A stretch of 64,000 nt of DNA from Mobula hypostoma (taxonomy: Eukaryota). A program made the translations under genes and the position numbers. Positions 25,379-37,933 of the stretch are shown here, in pieces. Every line of letters begins with the position of its first letter. Within the stretch, counting starts at the first letter, position 1. The stretch is taken from NCBI RefSeq assembly GCF_963921235.1, contig NC_086097.1:37078001-37142000 (forward strand), given 5' to 3'. The notes beneath the pieces are model-generated. The model was not told the origin of the DNA, searched no databases, and saw only the letters and a program-made list of their open reading frames with translations.

Positions 25379-25609
25379 CAACACATACAAAATGCTGGAG
25401 GAACTCAGCGGGCCAGGCGGCATCTATGGAAAAGAGTAAAGTCAACATTTCGGGCTGAGACCATTCATCAGGACCATACTGATGAAGGGTCTCGGCCCAA
25501 AATGTCAACTGTACTCTTTTCCATAGATTCTGCCTGGCCTGCTGAGTTCCTCCAACATTTTGTGTATGTTGCTTGGATTTCCAGCATCTGCGGATTTTCT
25601 GTTGTTTGT
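25379..25609. mobile_element. Fold-back Penelope-derived element with two opposed hammerhead motifs and 15-bp TSD
   Basis: Inverted arms centred at ~25475. Perfect direct repeat GATCTGAGATGCATT at 25364-25378 and 25610-25624. Confidence 0.88.
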
Positions 25610-25794
25610 GATCTGAGATGCATTGTTTCTTCACTTCTTAGAGAACCTATTTTATAAAAATAACATTGTCATTTTCAGTACTGTAATGTATTCCTTTGTG
25701 TTTCGCTTGGCAAAAATCTGATCAATGAGCTGGTGATGCAGAAACTTGAGGTTTCTTTTCAGTCTAACTAATTGATTTTCTTCCTTCAAATTAG

Positions 25795-26438
25795 GTTTCT
25801 TGTTTTCTTTACCAAGATATGGGCAAACAATGTTTTAAGTATATCACCTAAAAAGTTGGCACAGAAGCAGTGGTATTACTTTACTGCAATAAAATCACGG
25901 TTTTTTGCAGAACGTTTTTTCCCCAGAGATAACACCCCAGAATTTGGCATGATGTCAGTACAGAAACTTGAAGAAGACATTGATCTTTATGTTCCTGCTG
26001 CAGCAGTCCGTGGCTTAACTCAGCTAAACAGGGAATTATTTCAGAAAACTGTTGCACTTCCAGCTCTTAAAGTGAGAAAGGACTTAATCAACAAAGTCAT
26101 GAAACCTCTGAGAAATATTGCAATAAAAAGACCTGGACTGAAGCGTGTAGTTGAAGATTCTAAAGATGAAATGTATAGATTCATCTTGATGGACCCAAAC
26201 AAAATATCATGCTCAGAATCTTTTGGAGCTGTCGAGAGAGCTGTTTTAAAGGAATATAATGTTGATCCTCAGATTCACCTGTATAATTTAGAAATGACAT
26301 ATGAACATTTCAAACCTGAAGAAATTCTGAAGGCAGTTTTGCCTGAAGGACAGGACGTAACTACTGGATTTAGCAGAATTGGCCACATTGCTCACATGAA
26401 TCTTCGAGGTCATCAGCTTCCATACAAGCATTTGATTG
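25795..26438 (+). CDS. TRMT5: TRMT5 tRNA (guanine-N1)-methyltransferase, exon 2
   Basis: attag|G acceptor and ATT G|gtaggg donor, 644 nt. Encodes ...VRGLTQLNRELFQKTV...EEILKAVLPEGQDVTTGFSRIGHIAHMNLRGHQLPYKHLI, the Trm5 N-terminal region. Confidence 0.96.
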
Positions 26439-26754
26439 GTAGGGTCTGAATTTAATTGTCTTTAAGCAAAAGAAAATATTTTTTGTCTCAGAGATAGCAA
26501 TTTTATTTAATGCAACCACTGGTGAATTGATTACAAACAACTGATCAATCTATCAAACATCTATTTTTACCAATATTTGTGATAAATATTGAGATTTAAC
26601 TTATTATTGTTCATTAAGTTTTAAAATGTAAGTTTATAAGTAATGCGTTTACTTTAGGGCTGTAGTCCTATATCAAAAATAGATGCAGATTATTCAAAAC
26701 AACTGAATTAAACTATGATTCTTAAATACACATGCCAATAATTTTGTTTCTTAG

Positions 26755-26879
26755 GTCAAGTTATAATGGATAAGAATCCTGGAATAACTTCAGTGGTTAA
26801 TAAAATTAATATTATTGAGAATACTTACCGTAATTTTCAGATGGAAGTATTGGCGGGGGAAGACAATATGATAGCAAAG
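26755..26879 (+). CDS. TRMT5: TRMT5 exon 3
   Basis: cttag|GT CAA ... GCA AAG|gtaaga, 125 nt. Encodes (G)[41 protein letters not shown]. Confidence 0.96.
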
Positions 26880-27374
26880 GTAAGAGTATTAAATTTCAGT
26901 GTATTTTTTTTCCCCAGTGATGTTGGTACAATCTTTTTCATTTTCTAAAAAAAACAGATATTTTTAACAGACACTATTAAAGAATCTTGGGCAGTCTTTC
27001 AGCGGAAACATAAATTGTGATGCTCACGTGCAAACGTAATGCTTTATTTTTTTTACATGTGTAGATTACAGCAAACCTAATGAAAACAAGAAACTTAACA
27101 TAGTAATAATCATGGAGACACAGCACTGCAGATGCTGGAACCTGGTGCAAAATAAAACTGACTGCTGGACTAACACAGCAGGTCAGGCAGCAATTGTTAA
27201 TTGAAATTGACCATAAAAGTTTTGGGCCAGTGCAGTGGGTGCTGTAAGGGAAAGGGTTGGGGAGTGGCATTAAGTCAGTTTAGAACAAACACTGATCGAT
27301 GCAGCCAACAAATAGGCAGGCGTAGTTATGGCCCATCTTTGATCTGAGAAATTAAGAGAAATCAAAAGAAAAAT

Positions 27375-28820
27375 TATGTCTATCCAAACTTCTCTTAAAC
27401 ATTGAAATCGAGCTTGCATGCACCACCTGCACACTCTCACAACCCTCTGAGTGAAGAAGTTTCCCCTCATGTTCCCCTTAAAATTTTTACCTTTCACCAT
27501 TAACCCATGACCTCTAGGTGTAGTTCCACCCAACCTCAGTGGAAAAAGCTCACTTTCATTTACACTATCTATAGCTCTCATAAATTTGTATACATGTATC
27601 GCATCTCCTGTCAATCTTCCATGTTCCAAAGAATAAAGTCCTAACCTATTCAATCTTTCCTTATAACTGGCATCCTCCAGTCCCAACAACATCCTTGTAA
27701 ATTTACTCTGTACTTTTTCAACCTTATTTAGATCTTTCCTGTAGGTAGATGACAAAATCTGCACACAATACTTCAAATTAGGCCTCACCAACATCTTATA
27801 AAACCTCAACATATCTCCTGTACTCAGTACTTTTATTTATGAAGGCCAATGTCCTAAAATCTTTTTTTACATCCCTTTTGACTTGTGATGGCATTTTCAA
27901 TTAATTATGGACCTATAATTCCCAGATCCCTTTGTTCTACAGCACTCCTCACCTACCCTGGTTGCTCGTACCGAAGTGCAACACCAAATGGCAGATGGAA
28001 TTTAATGCAGACAATTGTGAGATGTTGCAAGGGTTCTGGCAATTTCTGCACTTGCCTGCCACAGGCTGTGAGGGAACACCTTGCCACGCCCTGGAGATTT
28101 ATCCACCCTAATTTGCCTGAAGGCAGCAAATACCACCTCTTCTGTAATCTGTTTTGGGTCCCTCACTTCTATATACTCTGTTTCCGTCTTCTGAGCAAAT
28201 ACAGATACAAAAAATTCATTTGGGATTACCCCATCTCTTTTGGCTGCACACAATTCTGATCTTCCAGAGGACCAATTTTGTCCTTCACAATCCTTTTGCG
28301 CTTAATATGCCTGTAGAATCCCTTAGGATTATCCTTCACCTTGTGTGCTAGGGCCTCATGCCGCCTTTTAGCTTTCCTGATTTCTTTTTTTTAAGTGTTC
28401 TCGTGCATTTCTTATACTCCAATAAGCACCTCATTTGTTCCTACCTGCTATGCATCTCTTTTTTTTTCTTAACCAGGGCCTCAATATCTCTTGAAAACCA
28501 AGGTTCCCTAAACCTGTTTATCTTTACTTTTTTTTATTCTGACAGGACTATACAAGCTTTGAACTCTCAAAATTTCACTTTTGAAGGCCTCCCAATTGCC
28601 AAGTACACCTTTGCCAAAAAACAGCCTGTCCCAATCCAGACTTGCCAGATCCTTTCTGATACCATCAGAATTGGCCTTTTTCCAATTTAGAATCTCAACC
28701 CGCAAATCAGACCTATCTTTTTGCATATTTACTTTGAAACTGATGGCATTATGATCACTAGGTATAAAGTGTACCCCTACACAAACTTCTGTCGCCTGCC
28801 CTGCCTCATTTCCTAATAGC
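27375..28820 (-). mobile_element. CR1 LINE fragments in TRMT5 intron 3
   Basis: Minus ORFs MLRFYKMLVRPNLKYCVQI...NFFTQRVV, VDKSPGRGKVFP and LNWKKAN. Confidence 0.88.
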
Positions 28821-29579
28821 AGATATATTTAATTATTTTTATACATATTTGATAAGATGATTATAGAGTGCAACTTTGATAAAACATAGGCATCGAGAAA
28901 CAACTTAACATTTTGTCTTATTCCCATCTAGATTTTTTAACCTTTTAATATCTGAAAAAAGGAATGTACTGAGTCTCATATTTAGGTTGCATTGTAACTC
29001 AGGACAAAAATAATAGATTTCTTGTTTTAACATTTTATTCTGAATGCATTTCATTTGGAATTAAATTGTATACAATTTATATAGGAACCCAGTAGTGGAT
29101 GGAATTTGTAAAAGACAGCAGTACCAGGGTTGAATTATCTGATTGCCTTTTCTGGGAAGTGTGGATAACTTTTTAAAGACACAGTAGAATGTCTGCTGGA
29201 AAATAATGTTTTGACTCTATTTGCAAAGTAAAACCTGGCATAGATTTATGGTAATAATTACAGAACATTGGGTGGAAAGTATTTAAGATGCCAGTCTCCT
29301 GCTGCATCCATTCATTCCCAGAGATGTGTTTAAATACAATATCAATAAGCTAGTCAGGAATACTTTGCACCAATGGTTCTATTGTAACGTGAAGTAGGTG
29401 ATTTTTTTTTGAAAGACAGTGTTCCATTTAACTTTTAAATCCATCTTATCTGTTCCGTTCTTGAAAAAATTATGATCGGATATGTTCTCACAATTCTGTT
29501 TTGATAGCTTAGTGTTAATGATTTTATTTACCTTCTATCAGCAATTGAAGTATGAAAAATATACATTGTGTCTTGATAG

Positions 29580-30231
29580 GTCAAAGAGAACAACATAACA
29601 TACGAATTTGATTTTTCCAAAGTCTACTGGAATCCACGACTCAGCACAGAACATGGTCGAATAGTTGATCTTTTGAAAGCTGGAGATCGAGTGTATGATG
29701 TATTTGCTGGTGTTGGACCTTTTGCTATTCCAGCAGCAAAGAAAAAATGCAAAGTTATGGCAAATGATCTTAACCCAGAATCTTATAAGTGGCTGGTGCA
29801 TAACTGCAAGATGAACAAAGTCGATAAAAATGTACAAACATTCAATCTGGACGGTAGGAACTTTATTATGGGTCCAGTTAAAGAAGATTTAGCAAAACAA
29901 ATTGAAACATGTTCGTTAAAGGAGGACAAAACCTCTATTCACATAATCATGAATCTGCCCGGTTTGGCAATTGAGTTCCTGGATGCATTTAGACAACTTT
30001 TACAGGAACAGGATTCTTTTGATGTTTTACCTACAGTCCATTGCTACAGTTTTTCTAAGAGTGATGAACCTGCCAAAGATATTCAGAGAAGAGCAGAATA
30101 TTTCCTAAATACCACTTTAGAAGGACGTTGCTCAATCCATTTGGTTCGCAATGTGGCCCCAAACAAGGAAATGATGTGTATAAGTTTTATGGTCCCTGCT
30201 GAGGTGCTGTGCAGAAATCTATCAGCAGAAG
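29580..30231 (+). CDS. TRMT5: TRMT5 exon 4 (SAM-dependent methyltransferase domain)
   Basis: gatag|GTC ... GAA G|gttagt, 652 nt. Encodes [25 protein letters not shown]...[12 protein letters not shown]...ANDLNP...IMNLP..., including the SAM-binding motif and the NLP motif of Trm5. Confidence 0.97.
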
Positions 30232-31081
30232 GTTAGTACCTCTATGGCAGTATCTATTTTTGATAATGTCATATTCTAATTGTGACATTTTCCAAAATTC
30301 ATTGTGATCAAGTTTACCATTGCATAATAGACAATGCCTCAAACATTTAAATTAGAATATCACCCTTGTTAACCTGATCTACAAAAAAAAATTCTTCTTC
30401 TAAATTCAGGGGCTGGCATTAGAAGGAACACTACTAAATATTTCTGTAAATGCCCTAAGGACTTGTATTGCTAAAAGCTATTGTACTACCCCAAACCTAA
30501 ATGGGTTATTAGTATAACTATTTATCTTATAAATCTGAAGATTGTGACATATATAATTGAGCTATGTTTTATTTAGTGTATGGGTATAAATTAGCTCTGT
30601 AATTTTAAGCATAATGGTACCCACCAATAATTAAAAATACTTGGATTTTATTGTGCTGTATTTGATTTCAATAAGTGAAACTTAATTCCTTTATTTTACA
30701 CATAACTTGTTCCTACATTTTGTGATCCTGTTGTGACCACCTTTCTGGCAGGGAAAGACCCTGTTCGGAAACTATGAAAGGGAATGTGATTTTTCATCCT
30801 ACTGCTGAAAATGATTATATATTATAAAGTGTACATTGAGGACTGCTGGATTTAATTTACCCAGTATTAAAAGAATTGTATACTGCCAGCGTAATTAAAG
30901 AAGATTTTAACTTTAAGATTGTTGAGATTCAGAGCAGGAATTTGAAAGACTATAAAAATTTTTATTAAGGGATTGGAGATCAAACGTAATGGATTGAAAC
31001 AAAATTGTTCTTGTGAGTTTTAGTTTAGTTGCAGATTAAAAGTTCTGTCATTAATATGCAATTTTCTTTTCAACTTCCCAG

Positions 31082-31152
31082 ACAATACCAAAGAACCAGC
31101 TCCAAAACGCCTAAGGTTTGATGAGACTACTGCCTGTAATGGACCACGGTGA
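31082..31152 (+). CDS. TRMT5: TRMT5 exon 5, coding part to stop
   Basis: Pyrimidine tract then cccag|AC AAT..., encoding (D)NTKEPAPKRLRFDETTACNGPR* with TGA at 31150-31152. Spliced CDS is 5+644+125+652+71=1497 nt, an intact frame. Confidence 0.9.
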
Positions 31153-31452
31153 CTTGTGATAAATGAGCAACCTCATTTTTAGCAGTTAAGAAACTGAATA
31201 CAGTGCAATTTAATTGCCAGTCACTTAAAGGAATCTGAATGTTTGCATCATTTCCTGGTCTCCTTTCTCCTGGTCATGACTTGCTTCTATAAACAGCCAG
31301 TGATTTGTTATAATGGGGATTGAAGTCCTCTCAAGGGCTCACTTTACTTTCTAGCCAGGATAGTTTTTCCACTGTGGATATTGAATTCTATCATATTAAT
31401 AAGTAACCAATGGAAAATCTTGACTTCCTTCACCACCACCATTAGAACTGCA

Positions 31453-31458
31453 AATAAA
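31453..31458 (+). terminator. Candidate TRMT5 polyadenylation signal AATAAA
   Basis: First AATAAA I found after the stop (~300 nt downstream); others occur near 31606 and 31796. Confidence 0.45.
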
Positions 31459-31945
31459 ACTTTTAAAAAAATGCATTCAGCATTCATGAATCATTTTGGA
31501 TTTTTGGAACACTTTCAGAAAGCTTAAATATCTTGAATTATATTCTTTTCAGCAGAGCAAATTTCAGTAGGTTTTAGAATAGATGGCTTCAGCCCAAATG
31601 CAGTAAATAAATTGCATTTATCATAACCTATTTTCGGCAGCTATAGTATCTAAATGATTGGGCTTCAATTTACAGTAGTGTTGAAGCAGTTTTTATTCCA
31701 TTGAAAGAATAAGATACTCAAATAACAAATATTTTGAGATTGTTAAATGAATTTCACTGCTTTTGAGCCGTTATAATCAAGATTGCTTTTGACTTAATAA
31801 AATAAAGACATCCAATGTTTTTCTAAGATTCGGAACAATGAAAATATGCCAAATGATTATTTATCACGGAGATTTATAGGTTTAAAAATGAGTTAGCACA
31901 CTATTAAAAACACAACAATATACCATCTGTTTTGCTGATGACAAA

Positions 31946-32200
31946 GGGGCAGCACAATAGCGTAGTGGTTAGCACAACACTACAGTACAGGCGACCAGGG
32001 TTCAATTCTCACTGCTGTCTGTAAAAAGTTTGTACATTCTCCCCGTGACCATGTGGGTTTCCTCCCACAATCCAAAGACGTACTGGTTGTTAGGTTAATT
32101 GATCATTGTAAATTGTCCCATGACTAGGCCGAGATTAAATTGTGGATTGCTGGGCAATGTGACTGGAAAGGCCTATTCCATGTTGTATCTCAATTAATCA
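31946..32200 (+). mobile_element. tRNA-derived SINE (V-SINE-like)
   Basis: A box TAGCGTAGTGG, B box GGTTCAATTC, core tttgtacattctccccgtgaccatgtgggtttcctccc. Confidence 0.75.
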
Positions 32201-32292
32201 AATAGGCTGCTGAATGAACTCAGTGGGTCAGAGGAGTAACCAGCATTTTGGATTGAGACCCTGCATCGGTAGTTTCTGGCAGCTTATGTGTC

Positions 32293-33902
32293 CTTGCAAA
32301 AGTTTGGGTACTCCTGGTAAAAATTTCTGTTACTGTGAATAGTTAAGTGAGTAGAAGATGAACTGATCTTCAAAAGTCATAAAGTTGAAGATGAAACATT
32401 CTTTTCAACATTTTAAGCAAGATTAGTGTATTATTTTTGTTTTGTACAATTTTAGAGTGGGGGAAAAAAGGAAAAGAGCACCATGCAAAAGTTTGGGCAC
32501 CCCGAGATTTGAGCTCTTAGATGACCTTTATCAAGGTCTCAGACCTTAATTAGCTTGTTAGGGCTATGGCTTGTTCACAGTCATTGTTAGGAAAGGCCAG
32601 GTGATGCAAATTTCAAAGCTTTATAAATACCCTGACTCCTCAAACCTTGTCCCAACAATCAGCAGCCATGGAGTCCTCTAAGCAGTTGCTCAGCGCTCTG
32701 AAATTTAAAATAAATGATGCCCACAAAGCAGGAGAAGGCTATAAGAAGATAGCAAAGCGTTCTCAGGTAGCCGTTTCCTCAGTTCGTAATGTAATTAAGA
32801 AATGGCAGTTAACAGGAACGGTGGAGGTCAAGTTGAGGTCTGGAAGACCGAGAAAATTTTGCTCGTAGGATTGCTAGAAAGGCAAATCAAAACCCCCGTT
32901 TGACTGCAAAAGACCTTCAAGAAGATTTAGCAGACTCTGGAGTCGTGGTGCACTGTTCTACTGTGCAGTGACACCTGCACAAATATGACCTTCATGGAAG
33001 AGTCATCAGAAGAAAACCTTTCCTGCATCCTCACACAAAATTCAGCGTCAGAAGTTTGCAAAGGAACATCTAAACAAGCCTGATGCATTTTGGAAACAAG
33101 TCCTGTGAACTGATGAAGTTAAAATAGAACTTTTTGGCCACAATGAGCAAAGGTATGTTTGGAGGAAAAAGGGTGCAGAATTTCATGAAAAGAACACCTC
33201 TCCAACTGTTAAGCATGGGGGTGGATCGATCATGCTTTGGACTTGTGTTGCAGGCAGTGGCACGGGGAACATTTCACTGGTAGAGGGAAGAATGAATTCA
33301 ATTAAATACCAGCAAATTCTGGAAGCAAACATCATGCCGTCTGTAAAAAAAAAAGCTGAAGATGAAAAGAGGATGGCTTCTACAACAGGATAATGAACCT
33401 AAACACACCTCAAAATCCACAATGGACTACCTCAGAGGCATAAGCTGAAGGTTTTGCCATGGCCCTCACAGTCCCCCGACCTAAACATCATCGAAAATCT
33501 GTGGATAGACCTCAAAAGAGCAGTGCATGCAAAACGGCCCAAGGATCTCACAGAACTAGAAGCCTTTTGCAAGGAAGAATGGGTGAAAATCCCCCAAACA
33601 AGAATTGAAAGACTCTTAGCTGGCCACGGAAAGTGTTTACAAGCTGTGATACTTGCCAAAGGGGGTGTTACTAAGTACTGACCATGCAGGGTGCTTGAAC
33701 TTTTGCTTCCGGCCTTTTTCCTTTTTTGTTATTTTGAAACTGTAAAAGATGGAAATAAAAAAGTAATCTTGCTTAAAATATTAAAGAAATGTGTCATCTT
33801 TAACTTTATACCTTTCGGAAATCAGGTCATCTTTTACTCACTTGGCTATTCACAGTAACAGAAATTTTGACCGGGGTGCCCACACTTTTGTATGCCACTG
33901 TA
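32293..33902 (+). mobile_element. Tc1-family DNA transposon with ~200 bp IR/DR termini and a disrupted DD34E transposase
   Basis: Transposase from ATG 32668 to 33681 with GYKKIAK, GRPRK, TDEVKI, QDNEPKH, WPSQSPDLNIIENLW; stops and frameshifts present. Terminal motif caaaagtttggg(c/t)ac is repeated within each long IR; the right end is ...gccactg-TA. Confidence 0.93.
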
Positions 33903-34204
33903 CTTGCCCTGAAGTGGTTCATTAGCTTTTTTAAAAATTAAATTGAGTGTGAGTATAAATCTTGTGAACGACATGGTCAGTCAAACAGATTAGACTTACT
34001 TTTGGTTCTCAGTGTTCTGAGCATCACTGTGAGTAATAACAGTTTTGTTTTTTGTGGTTAATGTGTGACCTCATTGGGGAAAAGTACTATAGATTACCAG
34101 GTATGTTAAGTTTCTTCTATTTTGCTGGAATTCTGCATCCGAATTGTATTCAAAGTCCTACAGCATGTTTCAGTCACACCAGTGCAGAGACTTTATTTAG
34201 TGAT

Positions 34205-34410
34205 AGAGTGTGGAGTAGGCCCTTCCAGCCCTTTGAGCTACGCTGCCTCAGCAATCCCCGACAACATCCGATTTAACCCTGACCTAATCACAGGACAATT
34301 TACAATGACCGATTAACCTACCTGGTACATCTCTGGACTGTGTGAGGAAACTGGAGCACCTAAGGAAACCCCCAATTCCACAGGGACTCGTTACAGATGG
34401 CACCAGAACT
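34205..34410 (-). mobile_element. SINE fragment
   Basis: Reverse complement of the SINE core at 32040-32190 (ggacaatttacaatgacc...ggaaacc). Confidence 0.7.
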
Positions 34411-36441
34411 TTATTTAAACATCAACCTTTTAATGCCAACAGGAGCATTGTGATACCCCTCAAGTTGTGCTCGTGCTTAAATGAAATGAAAGTATTTTTA
34501 AACTAACTACTGGCAGTAGTCAACTTTGATTGCTTTATTTCCCAGGGTCGCGTGAACCATTCCTGTTCCCTTAGTTAAGTGATAAGAATGAAGAGCTGAA
34601 AGGTTCAGCATTTTATTATTTTGTCAGTTCAGTCTGTGTCTCTATCATAACAATATGCAGCTTCATTTTCAAATTTCAGTATTAGCAATATCATATTAGG
34701 GTCACTTATTTTAAAAATATGTAAGTCTTAAATAATGACCATTGTCACTCTTTTTTAAAAAAAAAGGATATTAAGTTATAAAGTGAACATAACACCTTCA
34801 AACAGCAGGAAATGTCAGGTATTAGGATCTTTATTAAGTCTAAATGCACGGGGGCAATTCCTTACCCATCCCATGCCATAGATCTTTCTGGTTGAAGACA
34901 CTATCTGGATTTTTTTTCTACAGGTGTTGTATGGGAAGATCGTTTTCTACTCAAGTCTGTAAGAAGTAGGCTATCAAAATATAAGCCACATTTCAATAAT
35001 GACCAATGACCAATAATTTCATCCTATAAAGATAGACCCTACCCTTTGAATAAAATAAAAAGGTGCTTATGATCCCTTTCATTATTCTTGGCTAAAACAT
35101 TAATATCATCTGAAATAATTATTATAAACATTAACCACTAGTCATTACAAGTGGAACAACAGGGCATTTAAAAAACACGTCTGTTAGTAAACATTTTTAT
35201 TTAGTTATCTTGTTCCTTGTCCACTTGTGTAGTCTGGGGAAATTACTTCAGTATCCGAATGAGGTCATTAATGTGTTTCTGGCATTGAATGGGATCTTGG
35301 AATTGACAAGGACCTCGCCATCTCCAGCCATACAAGCTGTTCATGTTTTTGTGTACCTCCACTCTTTTTGTCTGCCTCCCACCTATCCAGTTTCCATTCT
35401 TTGTCAGCAGCAATACATTCCAATTACCCTGACCTTTTCAACGCTACTGGTCTCAGTTTCTCTTCCTCCTAATGGCAGTGACTCCATTTCCTGTTTTAAT
35501 CTCACATATGCAAGAAATAGAGTGCAGTCAGACGTATAGACAGGACTTCAGGAAGGATAGAAAGGTGCTAAACATGATGTAGAAAATTTGAAATACATGA
35601 TTAGACAGGACAAGTTTGATTTCTCCTCCCCTTCCCCCATGTGTCCAATGGCAGTTGAGTGGTGGAAGTGTTTCAGGCCTTTCAAAAAGAACTGGAGAAG
35701 CACCTGAAGACTAAGGGATGAAAAGGGACAAAAAGTGAAGAGAGACTGAATGGATTACTATACAAGGAACTGATATATACAAGATGGGCTCACGTTTGTG
35801 TCAATTATACCATGATTCTTATCTATATATTTTACTTCAGCTCCAAAGGGTAAGATTAAAAATTGAAAATGTCATTTTATTGTTGAAGGGAATAAAGTGC
35901 TGAAGAGAATAAACGACAAGAGTTTTATTTTGTTTAAATAAGAAGACTGCAATTTTCTCATACTGCAACTTCCCAGAGCATCAGTATTAGGAGTGTGAAA
36001 CATACCAGTCTGCAACACTGGGTTTTGGACTGGTGTTCTTTTGGGAAAAATCACCAAACTCAGTGATTCAGCAACAGTTGATTTTTGATCTGGTTTGTAA
36101 GATTAAGCTACATCAGGGGTGTCTATATAATCATCACATAGATGAGCTGATAAAAATCTAAACAAAATAATGTCCAGATTCTTGGATAAAATTTCAGGAA
36201 GTTCTATTCAAACATTTCCAAGTGAAAGATCATGATAGCAACATCTCAAATTGCAATACCAGGAGGCAGGTATTTTTAGATTTCTACATGTATTCATCTC
36301 TAGAGTAGTTATAATGAATGTATCAACATAAAATATCCAGGGTCAATCATATAAATTAAATATTCATATATGTTCAACCATTGACTTTAAGATACATTAA
36401 TATTGGAAAGAAAGGACAGTAATTAAAAGGTATCAATAAAT

Positions 36442-36447
36442 TTTATT
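36442..36447 (-). terminator. Candidate MNAT1 polyadenylation signal (AATAAA on minus strand)
   Basis: TTTATT on plus ~420 nt past the stop, followed by AT-rich sequence. A nearer alternative lies at 36735-36740. Confidence 0.5.
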
Positions 36448-36864
36448 CAAAATGAAAATTTAACAATTGCTTGGGCATATTCATTTTTACACAATATAGA
36501 TTAATTTACTGAGTTTCAATAACAGCTTTTTGAGAAATACTAATAGTTCCTCAATCTTTAATCATCAGATGTTATATTCTCTTTGTCAAAGGGTGCTTAC
36601 ACATCTGTAACCACCTGTATTTACCCTGCATCCCCTTCCTGTAAGTGAATCTCGGCACACGCTCCTTGTAAATAGAAAATGATAATCTTTTTGAGATTGT
36701 CACCTGCTGTCTCCAAACAGCTGCCCAAGTTCAATTTATTTGGCTGACAGTCAATTTTCCATTCAGCTGTGATGTGGCTGATAGGATGCTTTTAACGGAA
36801 GTCTGGCTGTTGAAATTCCTGGTATCAATCCAAGGGCTACCTTTGAAGCTTCATGTCCATCAGA

Positions 36865-36985
36865 CTAGTTGGACTGCCAGAAAAGACCATTAAATGCATC
36901 TTGTAGAGCACGGTAACACGCAAGGGAGGAAGTGTAGCCCCCTGCCAGATCCTGGGGAGTGGCTGTACGAACATGGTTCAGGTAC
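36865..36985 (-). CDS. MNAT1: MNAT1 (CDK-activating kinase assembly factor MAT1), last coding exon
   Basis: aaaag|G TAC...AAC TAG, 121 nt. Encodes [39 protein letters not shown], the recognisable MAT1 C-terminus, convergent with TRMT5 as in other vertebrates. No upstream exon was found in the window. Confidence 0.96.
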
Positions 36986-37121
36986 CTTTTAAAACAAAGT
37001 GCAGAACTTTAAAAAATGAATTTAACAACAATTTACATGGAAGTTTAATTTGTTACAAGCATCGTTAACACAATCTCCAAAATAAAAACCTTTCTTAGAG
37101 AACTGAACTCTGAGCGGTCTT

Positions 37122-37475
37122 GAATCAGAATTAGGTCTATTATCATCGGTATGTGTCGCGAAATTTGTTAACTTAGCAGCAGCAGTTCAATGCAATACGT
37201 AATATAGGAGAGAGAAAAAATAATAATAAATCAATTACAGTATACGTATATTGAATAGATTAAAAATCATGCAAAAACTGAAATAATACATATTTTAAAA
37301 GTGAGGTAGTGTTCAAAGGTTCAATGTCTATTTAGGAATCAGATGGCAGAGGGGAAGAAGTTGTTCCTGAATCGCTAAGTTTGTGCCTTCAGGCTTCTGT
37401 ACCTCCAACCTAATGGGAAAAGGGCATGCCCTGGGTGCTGAAGGTCCTTAATAATGGATGCTGCCTTTCTGAGAC
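37122..37475 (-). mobile_element. Rex1/Babar-like LINE 3' tail
   Basis: Reverse complement of the RNNFFPSA tail and UTR; similar to 39143-39500. Confidence 0.75.
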
Positions 37476-37745
37476 GGAGCAATTTCGATTTTGAGGATCA
37501 CATATTTATGTGTTAGAGAAGCTGACTAGCAATTTAAATTGTTAGATTCGAATTCTATGCTGTGATTGTAATGTAGACTGTAAATTCAATCTAATAGGAT
37601 GCAATCTAACATGCAATTAAAAGATATCATTAATCATTGAAAATCTCAGCAGTGGCATTGGGTGAGACATGACAAAAATAGTTCTAATGGTGGGGGTGGG
37701 GTTAAACTGAATCATGAGAAGCCAAAAACATCACATTCAAGGTGA

Positions 37746-37933
37746 CACACATCAAAGTTGCTGGTGAACGCAGCAGGCCAGGCAGCATCTCTAGGAAGAG
37801 GTCCTGACGAAGGGTCTCAGCCTGAAATGTCGACTGTACCTCTTCCTAGAGATGCTGCCTGGCCTGCTGCGTTCACCAGCAACTTTGATGTGTGTTGCTT
37901 GAATTTCCAGCATCTGCAGAATTCCTGTTGTTT
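37746..37933. mobile_element. Fold-back Penelope-derived element with hammerhead motif and 13-bp TSD
   Basis: An inverted arm of ~55 bp, then gtcCTGACGAagggtctcagcctGAAAtgTCgactg, then the full terminus. Perfect direct repeat ACATTCAAGGTGA at 37733-37745 and 37934-37946. Confidence 0.88.

Noticed and set aside
31946..32010. tRNA-like A and B boxes
   Set aside because: No complete cloverleaf; the sequence runs into a SINE core found elsewhere in the window.
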